A stretch of DNA of 64,000 nt, from contig CAZPPH010000002.1 in the NCBI GenBank assembly GCA_964588375.1, positions 980 to 64,979 on the forward strand, written 5' to 3'. A program made the translations under genes and the position numbers. The notes beneath the pieces are model-generated. The model had not been told where the DNA came from, searched no databases, and worked only from the letters and a program-made list of their open reading frames with translations. Of this stretch, positions 9,297 through 20,690 are shown one piece after another. The first letter of the stretch is position 1. Each line of letters opens with the position of its first letter. The DNA comes from an uncultured Rhodobacterales bacterium (GTDB taxonomy: Bacteria > Pseudomonadota > Alphaproteobacteria > Rhodobacterales > Rhodobacteraceae).

Positions 9297-9812
9297 ATGA
9301 AGCGTTCCACACTCAAGTTTGCGGCCATTGCGGTCTGCGCATTTCTCGCCGCGTGTGCGACACCTGCGCCACGGCTCGGGCCCGACGGACAGCCGCTGCC
9401 ACAGGTCTATCGCATCTCCGACCGCATGGAGAGCGAAATCCAGTTCCGGATGCTCGATTCGGTCAATGCGCTGCGCCGGGCCTCCGGTGCGGGGGCGCTC
9501 GACCTCAATGCGGAACTCAACGCCGCGGCCGCGACTCATTCGCGCGACATGAGCCTGCAGAATCGTCCCTGGCACTTCGGCTCGGACGGTTCTTCACCGC
9601 TCGACCGCGTCCAGCGCGTGGGCTACCAGGGCCAGTTTCTCGGGGAAAATATCTCCGAGTCCTACGAAACCGAGCTGGAGACGCTCTCGGCCTGGATGGC
9701 CGACCCGACCACGCGCGACGTCATCCTCGACCCCGCTGCACGGAATCTGGGTTTTTCCTGGTTCCAGGAGCCGAGCGGCAAGATCTGGTGGACTCTCATC
9801 ACCGGCGCCTGA
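9297..9812 (+). CDS. CAP/SCP domain lipoprotein
   Basis: Lipobox in MKRSTLKFAAIAVCAFLAAC. The middle region NAELNAAAATHSRDM is CAP-like. Confidence 0.8.
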   Translation: MKRSTLKFAAIAVCAFLAACATPAPRLGPDGQPLPQVYRISDRMESEIQFRMLDSVNALRRASGAGALDLNAELNAAAATHSRDMSLQNRPWHFGSDGSSPLDRVQRVGYQGQFLGENISESYETELETLSAWMADPTTRDVILDPAARNLGFSWFQEPSGKIWWTLITGA

Positions 9813-9816
9813 CCGC

Positions 9817-10311
9817 TCAGGGGTAGATCGTGATCGGGGTTCCGTCGCGCACCATTGCGTAAATCTCTTCCATCTCGTCGTTCGTCACGGCGATGCATCC
9901 CCATGTCCAGTCGGGACCCCGCAGAAGGCTGAGCGGGCTTTCCCCGTGAATGAAAATGTCGCCACCCGGGTCGACCCCCAGACGGCGGGCCACCTCGATA
10001 TCCCGTGCATTGGGGTAGGAGATTCCGATCGAAAGATGAAAGCTGCTCTCGGGATTGCGCCGGTCGATGTAATAATGGCCCTCCGGTGTCCTGCCGTCAC
10101 CGGACTTCCCCTTGTGACCCTCCGGCGCGAAGCCGAGGCCGATATCGTAACTTTCGAGCGCCCGGTCATGGTGAAGAAGGTACATCTTGCGCGCCTCCTT
10201 GTGGATAACGACGCGGGTCACCTCCGGGCCATTGTAGGTACGGAACTTCGAGGCGCAGCCCGAAAGGCTGAGCACCACGGCAAGGGCGGTGATTAGTCTG
10301 AGTGTTGTCAT
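9817..10311 (-). CDS. L,D-transpeptidase-family lipoprotein (YafK-like)
   Basis: Lipobox LSLSGC. IFIHG...WTWGCIAV His/Cys motif of the YkuD fold. Confidence 0.8.
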   Translation of the reverse strand: MTTLRLITALAVVLSLSGCASKFRTYNGPEVTRVVIHKEARKMYLLHHDRALESYDIGLGFAPEGHKGKSGDGRTPEGHYYIDRRNPESSFHLSIGISYPNARDIEVARRLGVDPGGDIFIHGESPLSLLRGPDWTWGCIAVTNDEMEEIYAMVRDGTPITIYP

Positions 10312-10350
10312 CTGCCTGCTCGATTACCGCTTCACGGCTTTATTTTCGTG

Positions 10351-10379
10351 ATTATACCTGCATTCGGATTGATTTTGCA
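10351..10379 (-). promoter_or_regulatory. Putative sigma-70-type promoter for the 9817..10311 L,D-transpeptidase gene
   Basis: The minus strand reads TGCAAA-N17-TATAAT (perfect -10 at 10356..10351) about 40 nt upstream of the ATG, in an unusually AT-rich 68-bp gap. Motif-only call. Confidence 0.3.
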
Positions 10380-11621
10380 TCACTTTTTGCCGCGTTCGAG
10401 GCAGGCGACGAGTTCGACATGGGGCGACCAGCGAAACTGGTCGACGACGTCGACCCAGTCGAGGCTGTAGCCGCCTCGGACGAGGACGGCGGCATCCCGT
10501 GCGAATGTCGCAGGGTTGCACGAGACCGAAGCGATGCGTTGCGGGCCGGACCGGGCCTCGGCCAGCATCGCGCTTTGCGCCTCCGCCCCGGCTCTCGGCG
10601 GATCGATGACGACGCCGTCGAAACGGGCGAGCTCGTCTGCCAGAAGCGGGCGGCGAAAGAGATCCCGCGCCTCGACGGTCACCCGCTTCAGACCCGCCGC
10701 GCTGCGCCAGCCGCAATCGAGAGCGGCAAGGAGCGCATCGTCTCCTTCAACCGCGTGAACCTCGGCATTTTCTGCCAGCGGCAGCGTGAACGTGCCCGCG
10801 CCCGCAAACAGGTCCGCGACCCGGCGGGTCCCGGCGAGCGCTTCGCGCACACCGGCGACGAGCGCTCTTTCGCCCGCCGGCGTCGCCTGCAGGAAGGCGC
10901 CCGGCGGCGGCAACACCATCGCCCGCCCCATCGGCACCCGGGGCGGGCTGACCTGCATGACGATCTCGTCATTCCAGGTGAGCCTCGCGAACCCGGCCTG
11001 ACCGGCGATCTCGACAAGTCGCGCGAGAAGTTGCGGTTCGACTGCCCTGGCATCGCTCACGCTCACGTCGAGGCCCGCCCCGGTCACTGTCACCGCAAGA
11101 CGGATCTCACTCTTGCGCGACGCACCTGCCCTTGCGAGCGCCTCGAGGTGCTCCAACGCCGCCGTGATCGCCGGGTCCAGCACCTCGCAACCCGGCACTC
11201 CGGAGATCCGGTCACTTCCCCTGCCGTGAAAGCCGACGATCGCGCCGGACCTGGTCCGCGTTCCCGAAAGCACAGCACGCCGCCGGCTCCGCGGCGGCGA
11301 GGTCACGACCTTCCGGATCGGGACGGAAAGCCCGTGGGCAGCAAGGGCGGCGCGCACCACGTCGGCCTTCCAGCCGGCGACGAAACCGTCCGAAGCATGC
11401 ATGAGATCGCAACCACCGCACATCTTGTAATGCCGGCAGGTCGGCCGCACCCGCTCCGGCGAAGGCGTGAGAATCCTGGGGGCGGTCATGCGACCGGCCT
11501 TCACCTCGCCCTCGACCACCTCGCCGGGAAGGGCGCGGCGCACATAGACGGCCGGGTCACCCCCGATCCCCTCGCCATGACGGCCGAGACGGGTGATATC
11601 AAGCCTCGTCACGACCAGCAC
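10380..11621 (-). CDS. Class I SAM-dependent RNA (uracil-5-) methyltransferase, RlmD/TrmA family
   Basis: Fe-S Cys cluster CRHYKMCGGCDLMH, SAM motif DLFAGAGTF and the C-terminal VSCNPATF catalytic motif. GTG start at 11621. Confidence 0.85.
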   Translation of the reverse strand: MLVVTRLDITRLGRHGEGIGGDPAVYVRRALPGEVVEGEVKAGRMTAPRILTPSPERVRPTCRHYKMCGGCDLMHASDGFVAGWKADVVRAALAAHGLSVPIRKVVTSPPRSRRRAVLSGTRTRSGAIVGFHGRGSDRISGVPGCEVLDPAITAALEHLEALARAGASRKSEIRLAVTVTGAGLDVSVSDARAVEPQLLARLVEIAGQAGFARLTWNDEIVMQVSPPRVPMGRAMVLPPPGAFLQATPAGERALVAGVREALAGTRRVADLFAGAGTFTLPLAENAEVHAVEGDDALLAALDCGWRSAAGLKRVTVEARDLFRRPLLADELARFDGVVIDPPRAGAEAQSAMLAEARSGPQRIASVSCNPATFARDAAVLVRGGYSLDWVDVVDQFRWSPHVELVACLERGKK

Positions 11622-11892
11622 TCACGGGCGACGGTGCGAGTCGGCGTGCAACCTTCCCGCTGCAAGACGCTGCCGTCGTCGTAGAAAGCGGTGGCGAAAT
11701 CGTCCGGGAACCGGCGCGCGGCCAGCCCGGACAAGCCTTCGCGAAACGTCGGGCAACGCTGGCGCTGCGAAAGCTGGCACAGGGACCCCGTGGGCTGCAG
11801 CCGCAGGCGTCTGCGGAAATCGTTTGGTAGTGCACCTGCGCCTCCCGGTCCGTTACGGAATATCTGGCCGGTCCCGGGGCGCGAAGAAACAC

Positions 11893-13727
<1,835 letters not shown>

Positions 13728-13731
<4 letters not shown>

Positions 13732-15572
13732 TCCGCTGCCTCGCTCGTGCCGATGAAACCGCCCGACTGCCGGGCCCAGAACCTCGCATATAGCCCGCCG
13801 GCCGCCAAAAGCGCATTGTGGTCCCCGATCTCGGCGATGCGCCCGTCCTCGAGCACCACGATCTTGTCCATTGCCGCGATGGTCGACAGGCGGTGCGCGA
13901 TGGCGATGACCGTCTTGCCCTCCATCATGCCGTAGAGCGTGCGCTGGATCTCCGCCTCGACTTCCGAATCGAGCGCGCTCGTCGCCTCGTCGAGAACGAG
14001 GATGGGTGCGTTCTTCAGGATCACCCGGGCGAGTGTCACGCGCTGGCGCTGGCCGCCCGAGAGCTTCACACCCCGCTCGCCGACCTGCGCCTCGTATCCG
14101 CTCCGCCCGCCGGGGTCCCGCAGATCGAGGATGAAGTCATGCGCCTCGGCCCGACGCGCCGCCTCGATCACCTCCACCCCCGTGGCATCCGGCCGGCCAT
14201 AGAGAATGTTGTCCATCACCGAGCGGTGCAGAAGCGAGCTGTCCTGCTGCACCATGCCGATGTGCTGCCTCAGGCTGTCTTGCGTGACGTGGGCGATGTC
14301 CTGCCCGTCGATCAGGATGCGCCCGCCTTCGGTGTCGTAAAACCGCAAGAGCAGCTTCACGAGGGTCGATTTCCCGGCCCCCGAACGGCCGACCAGCCCC
14401 ACCTTTTCGCCCGGTTCGATGCAGAGCGACACATTTCGGAGCCCGCCGGACCCCCGGCCATAATGGTGCGACACACCCTCGAACTCGATCCGGCCCTCCG
14501 TGAACGCCAGCGGTTTCGCATCCGCCCGGTCGGTGAGGTCGATGGGCTGGGCGATGGTCTCCATGCCCTCGGAGACGATCCCGAGATTCTGAAAGAAATT
14601 CGACAGCGCCCACATGATCCAGCCGGTCATCGCATTCAGCCGCAGGACCAGCGCGGCGGCGGCCGCCACCACGCCGGCGGTTGCCGACCCCGCCATCCAG
14701 AGCCACAGCGCCCAGCCCACGACACCGACGATGAGAAGGCCGTTCAGCAGCGTGAGCACCACGTCCATGACAGTGTAGATCCGCATCTCGACCTGGAAGG
14801 TCTGACGGGTCTTCTCGATCGCCTCCCGCGCATAATCGATCTCGCGGTCGTGATGGGCGAACATCTTCACCGAGTGGATGTTGGTGTAGCTGTCGACCAC
14901 CCGCCCGGTCACCTCGCTGCGCGCGTCGGATGCCGCCTTGCTCGCCGGGCCCACGCGACGGATCGTCCAGCGGACGAGCAGGCCGTAGAGCGCCGTCCAG
15001 ATCAGCAGCGGCAGAAGCAGCCGCGGGTCTGCATCCATCAGGAGTATTGCCGCTCCGATCAGGTAGGCGATGGCGAAGGTGATCGCGTCGAACACCTGGA
15101 ACACCGCCTCGCCGGCCGCCGGCGGCGTCTGCATGATGCGGTTGGCGATTCGTCCGGCGAAGTCGTTCTCGAACCAGCCGACCGACTGGCGCAGCACGTG
15201 CCGGTGCGCCCGCCATCGGATCAGCGTGCCGAAATTCGGCAGGATCGCGTTGTTCAGCAACGCAACATCGAAAATCTGCAGCAGCGGGCGGAAGATGAGG
15301 ATGAGAAGGGCGACAACCACGAGCTCGAACCCGTTCTCGGCCCAGAAGGTTCCCGGCTCGGCCTGCCCCATCAGGTCGACGACCCGACCGAGGTAGGCGA
15401 TCAGCGATACCTCGACGGCCGCGACCACGACCGACATCGCCGCCGTCGCCGCGAACACCTTCCGGAAGGGCCGGGCGTATTCGGCGAGGAAGGGCCAGAG
15501 GCGCGTGGGCGGACGGTCGGTCTCGGTGTAGCCGACGTAAGGGTCGACCAGCTTTTCGAAGAATCGAAACAT
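13728..15572 (-). CDS. ABC transporter permease/ATP-binding fusion protein, paralogous partner of 11893..13731
   Basis: Walker A GRSGAGKST, LSGGQRQR and ILVLDEATS. The 4-nt overlap with the downstream paralog suggests a heterodimeric exporter. Confidence 0.9.
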
Positions 15573-15632
15573 GAGGGCTGTCCTGAACGACGCCTGCCTA
15601 CACCGGCCGGCCCTGGAAAGGAACCATCCGTC

Positions 15633-16787
15633 TCAACTGTCGGGCAGGGCGAGCAGTTCATTTCGCGACAGGGTGAAGCCCGACGCGATCCAGCAGCGTT
15701 CCAGCTTTGAGAGGCGTGCTCCGAGGGCCGCGCCGTCGTAGGCCGGCATGAGATCGGCCGGCCGCAACGGAAACTCCGCCTGCTCCCCGCGTTCGATCCG
15801 TTCCTTGGTGTCGGGCGCGAGCGGCGCGCCGGTCGCCGCCGCCCGGAGCAGAGCAATGTCGAGGGCGGTGTCCGCTCCCTTTCGCCAGGCGATTTCTGAA
15901 AGTCCCGCGCTGCTTTCGACGCCCCTGCACATGTCATCCAGTCGTCGGGCTTCCGCCCGGGAGAGGCGGAAACGCTCGGCCACGTCTTCTCCCCCAAGGG
16001 CCGCAAGGCGGCGCAAGGCATCGGGCGCATTGCCTTTCTCGAGGGCAACGAGCCGGGCGACCGCTTCGGGGTCGCTGCCTGGCAGAACCCGGCCGAGAAC
16101 TCCCACGGCGGCCATTGTCGCAAGCTCCGGCGCAGGGTCGTCAGCCTCGAGAAGGCGCAGCATCTCGCGCCCCGTCCGCTCGGCCGAAAGTGTCTCTATT
16201 CCAGCGGAATTTGCCGCAATCGCCGAAAGCGTCTCCGGTTCGAAGCCCGCTCCGGTGTCCGCGTAATGGGCGTGAAACCGGAAGTAGCGCAGAATGCGAA
16301 GGTAATCTTCCCTGATCCGTGCCTCGGCGTCACCCACGAAGCGCAGCCGCCGCGCGGCCAGGTCCGCAAGCCCTCCCACGGTGTCGATCACTTCGCCCTG
16401 CCGGTCGGCATAGAGCGCGTTGATCGTGAAATCCCGCCGCGCGGCATCGTCCTCGATCCGGTCGGAGAAAGCCACGACGGCGCGCCGCCCGTCGGTCTCG
16501 ATATCGTGACGGAAGGTTGTCACTTCATGGGCGAGCCCGTCCGAGACCACCGTGACTGTGCCGTGATCCACGCCCGTGGGCACCGGCTTCAGACCTTCAG
16601 CCTCCACGGCTTCGGTCACCGCCTCGGGCCGGGCGTCCGTGGCAAGGTCAATGTCGCTGACGGGCAGGCCAAGTGCCGCGTTCCGCACAACCCCGCCGAC
16701 GTAGTAAAGGCGATGCCCCGCGCCCTCGATCGCGTCGAATACCCGGATGGTGCGCGGGTCGGTCAGCCAGTCACCCCTCAATCGCAT
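15633..16787 (-). CDS. CCA-adding tRNA nucleotidyltransferase / poly(A) polymerase family protein
   Basis: YYVGGVVRNAALGLPVSDIDLAT and RRDFTINALY motifs. Start chosen at MRLRGDW (ATG 16787), overlapping the upstream stop by 10 nt. Confidence 0.8.
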   Translation of the reverse strand: MRLRGDWLTDPRTIRVFDAIEGAGHRLYYVGGVVRNAALGLPVSDIDLATDARPEAVTEAVEAEGLKPVPTGVDHGTVTVVSDGLAHEVTTFRHDIETDGRRAVVAFSDRIEDDAARRDFTINALYADRQGEVIDTVGGLADLAARRLRFVGDAEARIREDYLRILRYFRFHAHYADTGAGFEPETLSAIAANSAGIETLSAERTGREMLRLLEADDPAPELATMAAVGVLGRVLPGSDPEAVARLVALEKGNAPDALRRLAALGGEDVAERFRLSRAEARRLDDMCRGVESSAGLSEIAWRKGADTALDIALLRAAATGAPLAPDTKERIERGEQAEFPLRPADLMPAYDGAALGARLSKLERCWIASGFTLSRNELLALPDS

Positions 16788-17380
16788 CGCGCGAGCCTGT
16801 CGGCGAGGCCCCGCAGCATCCGCGCGGTGGCCCCCCAGGTGTAATACGGCCCCCAGGGAACGGCATAATAGCGCCGCATCACACCGCGCCATCGCCGGGC
16901 TTCGATCCGGAAGTGAGCGGGATCGGTGACGTGGTCGAACGGGACGAAGAACGCCTCCTCGACCTCGCCTGCCTCCGGGCGAGGCGCGAAGGCGCCGTGA
17001 GCGAATGCGATCACAGGCGTCACCTCGAAACCGGTAACCGTCAGATGCGGAGAGAGGGTGCCGAGCACCTCCACCGAGTCCTGGCGCAGCCCTACCTCCT
17101 CTTCGGCCTCCCGCAGCGCGGCCCCGACCGCACCCCGGTCGCCCGGGTCGACCTTGCCACCGGGGAACGCGACTTGCCCGGGGTGGTGCTTCAGCGCGGA
17201 CGAGCGTTTCGTCAGCAGCACCGTGGCCTCGTCAGCCATGATGGTTACCAGCACCGCCGCGGGGCGGAACACCGATCCTTCCGGGGGACCAAGACCCGGG
17301 TTGAGGTCGAAATCGGAAGACACTTCCGCGGAGACGCCGAGCGCCCGCGTAAGCCGAGGCCGGATATCAATCCTTGTCAC
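16778..17380 (-). CDS. CoA pyrophosphatase-type NUDIX hydrolase
   Basis: Nudix box GGKVDPGDRGAVGAALREAEEEVGL. There is no in-frame ATG downstream of the hslO stop, so GTG at 17380 is proposed. Start uncertain. Confidence 0.7.
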   Translation of the reverse strand: MTRIDIRPRLTRALGVSAEVSSDFDLNPGLGPPEGSVFRPAAVLVTIMADEATVLLTKRSSALKHHPGQVAFPGGKVDPGDRGAVGAALREAEEEVGLRQDSVEVLGTLSPHLTVTGFEVTPVIAFAHGAFAPRPEAGEVEEAFFVPFDHVTDPAHFRIEARRWRGVMRRYYAVPWGPYYTWGATARMLRGLADRLARCD

Positions 17381-18353
17381 TGGCCTCGAACCCCAGCGTC
17401 TCCGGCGCGAATTCGTAATGCGCACCGCAGAACTGGCAGTCAGCCGTGACCTTGCCGTCATCAGTCGTCATGTGTCCGATATCCTTCGCCGAGTAGATCG
17501 ACAGCGACTGGCGCACCTTCTCGGGCGAGCAGGTGCAGCCGAATTCGACCGGCTGGGGGTCGAAGACACGCGGCTGTTCCTCGTGAAAGAGGCGCACCAG
17601 AAGATCGGTCGGCTGGATGCCGGGGCCGATGAGTTCGAGGTCGTCCACCGTGTCGAGAAGCACGTTGGCGCGGGTCCAGTTCTCCTCGTCGTCTCCGGAG
17701 ACGATGTCGTCGCCGGTGAGAAGCCCGCCTTCGCCGGTGCCTCCGCCTGAGACCGATGGCGAGCCCTTGGGCATGTGCTGCAGCATGACACCGCCCGCCC
17801 GCCAGCCTTCGGTCTGGTTCGGCAGCGTCGAACGCCCGTAGGACAGCGCGAAGCGTGTCGGCAGTTGCTCGGACTGGGCGAAATAGGTTTCCGCGCAGGA
17901 CGCCAGCGAATCGCCCGCGATGGGCGTGATGCCCTGGTAGGGTGTCGTCCCCCGGCCCTGATCGATGAGAATCGCGAAGTAGCCCTGCCCCACCTGGGTA
18001 AAACCCGGGGCGGCCTCATCGAGGCGGGTCTCGTCGAAGCTGGCGAAGGCGCGCATTCGTCCCGGCTCGCCCGCCCGAGCCGGTGCGAAGTAGTCGGTCG
18101 CGACGAGCCTGGCCGGGCCGTCGCCGCGCACCTGCAGCGACAGCTTCCAGCGCAGTTTCACCGTTTGCCCGATGAGCGCGGTGATCAGCATCGTCTCGGC
18201 AACGAGCGCCTCGATCGCCAGCGGGTAGTCATGCTGAGCGAGCACCCGGTCCAGCACACCGTCGAGACGTGCCACCCGGCCGCGAACGTCGGCGGCGTCG
18301 AGCTGGAATGGCAGGACAGTGTCGTCCCACGCGATACGGGAGCTGAGGCTCAT
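17367..18353 (-). CDS. hslO: Redox-regulated chaperone Hsp33
   Basis: C-terminal zinc centre CTCS...CQFCG. Start chosen at MSLSSRIAWDD (ATG 18353). Confidence 0.9.
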   Translation of the reverse strand: MSLSSRIAWDDTVLPFQLDAADVRGRVARLDGVLDRVLAQHDYPLAIEALVAETMLITALIGQTVKLRWKLSLQVRGDGPARLVATDYFAPARAGEPGRMRAFASFDETRLDEAAPGFTQVGQGYFAILIDQGRGTTPYQGITPIAGDSLASCAETYFAQSEQLPTRFALSYGRSTLPNQTEGWRAGGVMLQHMPKGSPSVSGGGTGEGGLLTGDDIVSGDDEENWTRANVLLDTVDDLELIGPGIQPTDLLVRLFHEEQPRVFDPQPVEFGCTCSPEKVRQSLSIYSAKDIGHMTTDDGKVTADCQFCGAHYEFAPETLGFEASDKD

Positions 18354-18424
18354 GGGGTTTCCTTGCGCGCCTGGCATGGGCATACCGCGACCATATAAGT
18401 GCGACAAGGCGAGGACCAACCCCC

Positions 18425-18859
18425 GTGATCCCACGCTACGGCAGGCCTCCGGGCCGACGCGCATACCGGCGACGCCCCGGCATCTACGCCATTCTCCCCC
18501 GCGCCGGGCGCGTTCTGCTCACATTCCAGAACGGCCCGGTCCCCGAGTTTCAGCTGCCCGGCGGCGGCATCGACCCCGGCGAGCAGCCGCTGCCGGCACT
18601 GGCCCGCGAAGTGCTCGAGGAAACCGGATGGACGATCGCCCGGCCGCGCCGGCTGGGGACCTACCGGAGATTCACGTTCATGCCGGAATACGACCTTTGG
18701 GCCGAAAAGATCTGTCATGTCTATGTCGCCCACCCGGTCCGTCGCCTCGGCCCGCCGGCCGAACCGGATCATCTCGAAACCTGGATGAATTTCCACGAGG
18801 CGCTCTCGTGTCTCGCCTCCGAGGGTGACCGCCGGCTGCTCGCCGCAACTCTTGGCTAG
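18425..18859 (+). CDS. NUDIX hydrolase
   Basis: Nudix box GGGIDPGEQPLPALAREVLEETGW. GTG start as given by the track. Confidence 0.75.
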   Translation: MIPRYGRPPGRRAYRRRPGIYAILPRAGRVLLTFQNGPVPEFQLPGGGIDPGEQPLPALAREVLEETGWTIARPRRLGTYRRFTFMPEYDLWAEKICHVYVAHPVRRLGPPAEPDHLETWMNFHEALSCLASEGDRRLLAATLG

Positions 18860-20157
18860 CCAGCGGGCCGATATTCGAGCATCACACCGGACACGTCATC
18901 GTCCAGAACGGTGCCGCCGGCAAATCGGTAAACGTCCCACATAAGAGCCTCGAAGAACTCGCTGCCCCTCAGGTCGCGGCTGCGGGAGGCGAGGTCAGCC
19001 AGCCCCTCGGGCTCGAGAAGCCCACCGGCCGCACCCGGGCATTCGGAGAGTCCGTCGGAGAAGATCAGCAGGCGTTCGCCGGGCGCGAGGGTGAAATCGA
19101 AAGTGTCGAACGAGGGCCCCGGAAGAAGGCCGAGGGGCATGCCGCCCTCTCCTGCGAACCGCACCTTTCCATCCGCCCCCATGACGAGAGCGGCGGGATG
19201 GCCGGCCTGTGTCATCGTCACCCGGCCGGTCGCCAGGTCGCAATCGGCCATCATCGCGGTGAGGTAGAGCTCGGTTTGCATCTCCTCGATGAGATGGTCG
19301 TTGAGCTGCCGGCAGACCGCATCGGGCCGCCTGAGGCCAACCGTCCCGTCGGCCAGGCGCTCGAGGGCGAGGTTGCGGTCCGGCGAAGCGCCCGACAGCA
19401 GCCCCGCGATCCGCGCTGTCATCAGGGCCGAGGCGATGCCGTGGCCCGACACGTCGATCGCGAAGAGCCCCACCCTCGTGCCCGAAAGCGGGATCGCACC
19501 GACGAGGTCTCCACCGACCTGCCCGGCGGGCCTGAACAGCAACGTGATCTCGCCATCGGGAAACGGAAAGCGACGCTCCGGCACCAGCGATTGCTGGAGC
19601 GCACGCGCCTCTTCGAGATCGCGGTCGAGCGCGGCGTAGAGCGTCTGCAACTCCTCCACCACCCTGGTCAGCAACCGGTTCTTGCGCGCAAGATCGCGCT
19701 GCATCCGGACGATCCGGTCACCGGCATTTATGCGGGCGCGGAGCTCTCCGGAATTGACCGGTTTGGGCAGGAAATCATCCGCTCCGGTCTCGAACGCCTC
19801 GCGTACGTCCGCGCGGTCGGACTTAGAGGTCAGAAGGATGAAATAGCCATAGTCATCGCGGTCGAGCGCACGGAACGCGCGGCACAGATCCATACCGTCC
19901 ATCCCCGGCATCATCCAATCACTCAGGACGAGATCGACGGGCTGACTGTCGGCGATTTCGAGCGCCTCGGCACCGCACGCGGCCTCGACGACTGCGTGTC
20001 CCATGCGCTCCAGCATCCGGCGAAGCGCCACTCGCTGGGCCGCACTGTCGTCCACCACGAGAACGAGGGAGACGCCTGCGGCCTCCTCGTCTTCGGTTTC
20101 GGCCGAAAGGTCCGGAAACGAATTTTCCTTCACCCGCTCAAAATATCCCGATTGCAC
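18856..20157 (-). CDS. Response regulator receiver fused to a PP2C/SpoIIE-type serine phosphatase (HsbR/RsbU-like)
   Basis: REC domain (LVVDDS...DLVLSDWMMPGMDG...K). C-terminal SpoIIE-like region (GGDLVG...FAIDVSGHGIASAL...IFSDGLSE). Confidence 0.85.
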   Translation of the reverse strand: MQSGYFERVKENSFPDLSAETEDEEAAGVSLVLVVDDSAAQRVALRRMLERMGHAVVEAACGAEALEIADSQPVDLVLSDWMMPGMDGMDLCRAFRALDRDDYGYFILLTSKSDRADVREAFETGADDFLPKPVNSGELRARINAGDRIVRMQRDLARKNRLLTRVVEELQTLYAALDRDLEEARALQQSLVPERRFPFPDGEITLLFRPAGQVGGDLVGAIPLSGTRVGLFAIDVSGHGIASALMTARIAGLLSGASPDRNLALERLADGTVGLRRPDAVCRQLNDHLIEEMQTELYLTAMMADCDLATGRVTMTQAGHPAALVMGADGKVRFAGEGGMPLGLLPGPSFDTFDFTLAPGERLLIFSDGLSECPGAAGGLLEPEGLADLASRSRDLRGSEFFEALMWDVYRFAGGTVLDDDVSGVMLEYRPAG

Positions 20158-20292
20158 TCCCGCCCCTAACTGGAGCGATCAGATTAAGGCGATGTGAAAG
20201 AGCGAATTTTGCGTATCGGGCCGGCGTTCGCTCAGAGCTTCTTAAGCGTCCTTGGCCACTTCTTGCGCCGCGTGAAAATCGGGAGCGGCGGG

Positions 20293-20616
20293 ATGATCGA
20301 CTGGGAACGTGTTGCGGAGTTGCGTGATGAAGTCGGCCGGGATGACTTCCTCGAAGTGGCCGAGCTCTTCACGTCCGAGGTCGAGGGCGTGCTCGCGCGC
20401 CTCGCGGGCGGTGCCAATGTCGACTCTCTCGAAAACGATATGCATTTTCTGAAAGGTGCTGCGCTCAACCTCGGCTTTCGCGATTTCGCGGCCCTTTGCA
20501 AGGAAGGCGAGCTCCGCGCGGCCGCGCAGGACTTCGCTTCGGTCGACATTGGTGCCGTCGCGGCCAGTTTCGCGGCGTCGAAAGAAACCTTTGCCAGCGG
20601 GCTCGCCGGCGAATGA
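20293..20616 (+). CDS. Single-domain histidine phosphotransfer (Hpt) protein
   Basis: 107 aa from MIDWERVAELRDEVG. The HFLKGAALNLG motif contains the phosphorylatable His typical of Hpt domains. ATG at 20293 lies inside track ORF 20194..20616. Confidence 0.7.
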   Translation: MIDWERVAELRDEVGRDDFLEVAELFTSEVEGVLARLAGGANVDSLENDMHFLKGAALNLGFRDFAALCKEGELRAAAQDFASVDIGAVAASFAASKETFASGLAGE

Positions 20617-20690
20617 CAGGCCGAGACGCCCTTGCTCCGCTCGTGAAAACGGCCTAGAGCGCCCTCCGCACAGCAGCGGAGAAAAGGCCC

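Noticed and set aside
13818-15710. A 630-aa plus-strand ORF, and similar very long ORFs: 23800..25785 (+), 20232..21794 (-), 44339..45904 (-), 59801..61510 (+), 10302..11684 (+), 49134..50507 (+), 53101..54315 (+), 54828..57102 (+) and 38155..39450 (+).
   Set aside because: Each lies exactly antisense to, or out of frame with, a gene that has clear family motifs (ABC exporter, maeB, argG, Tim44/mltA, PAS protein, RNA methyltransferase, hslU, addA, addB, rho). Their translations are Arg/Gly/Pro/His-rich low-complexity strings. These are the usual shadow ORFs of high-GC DNA.
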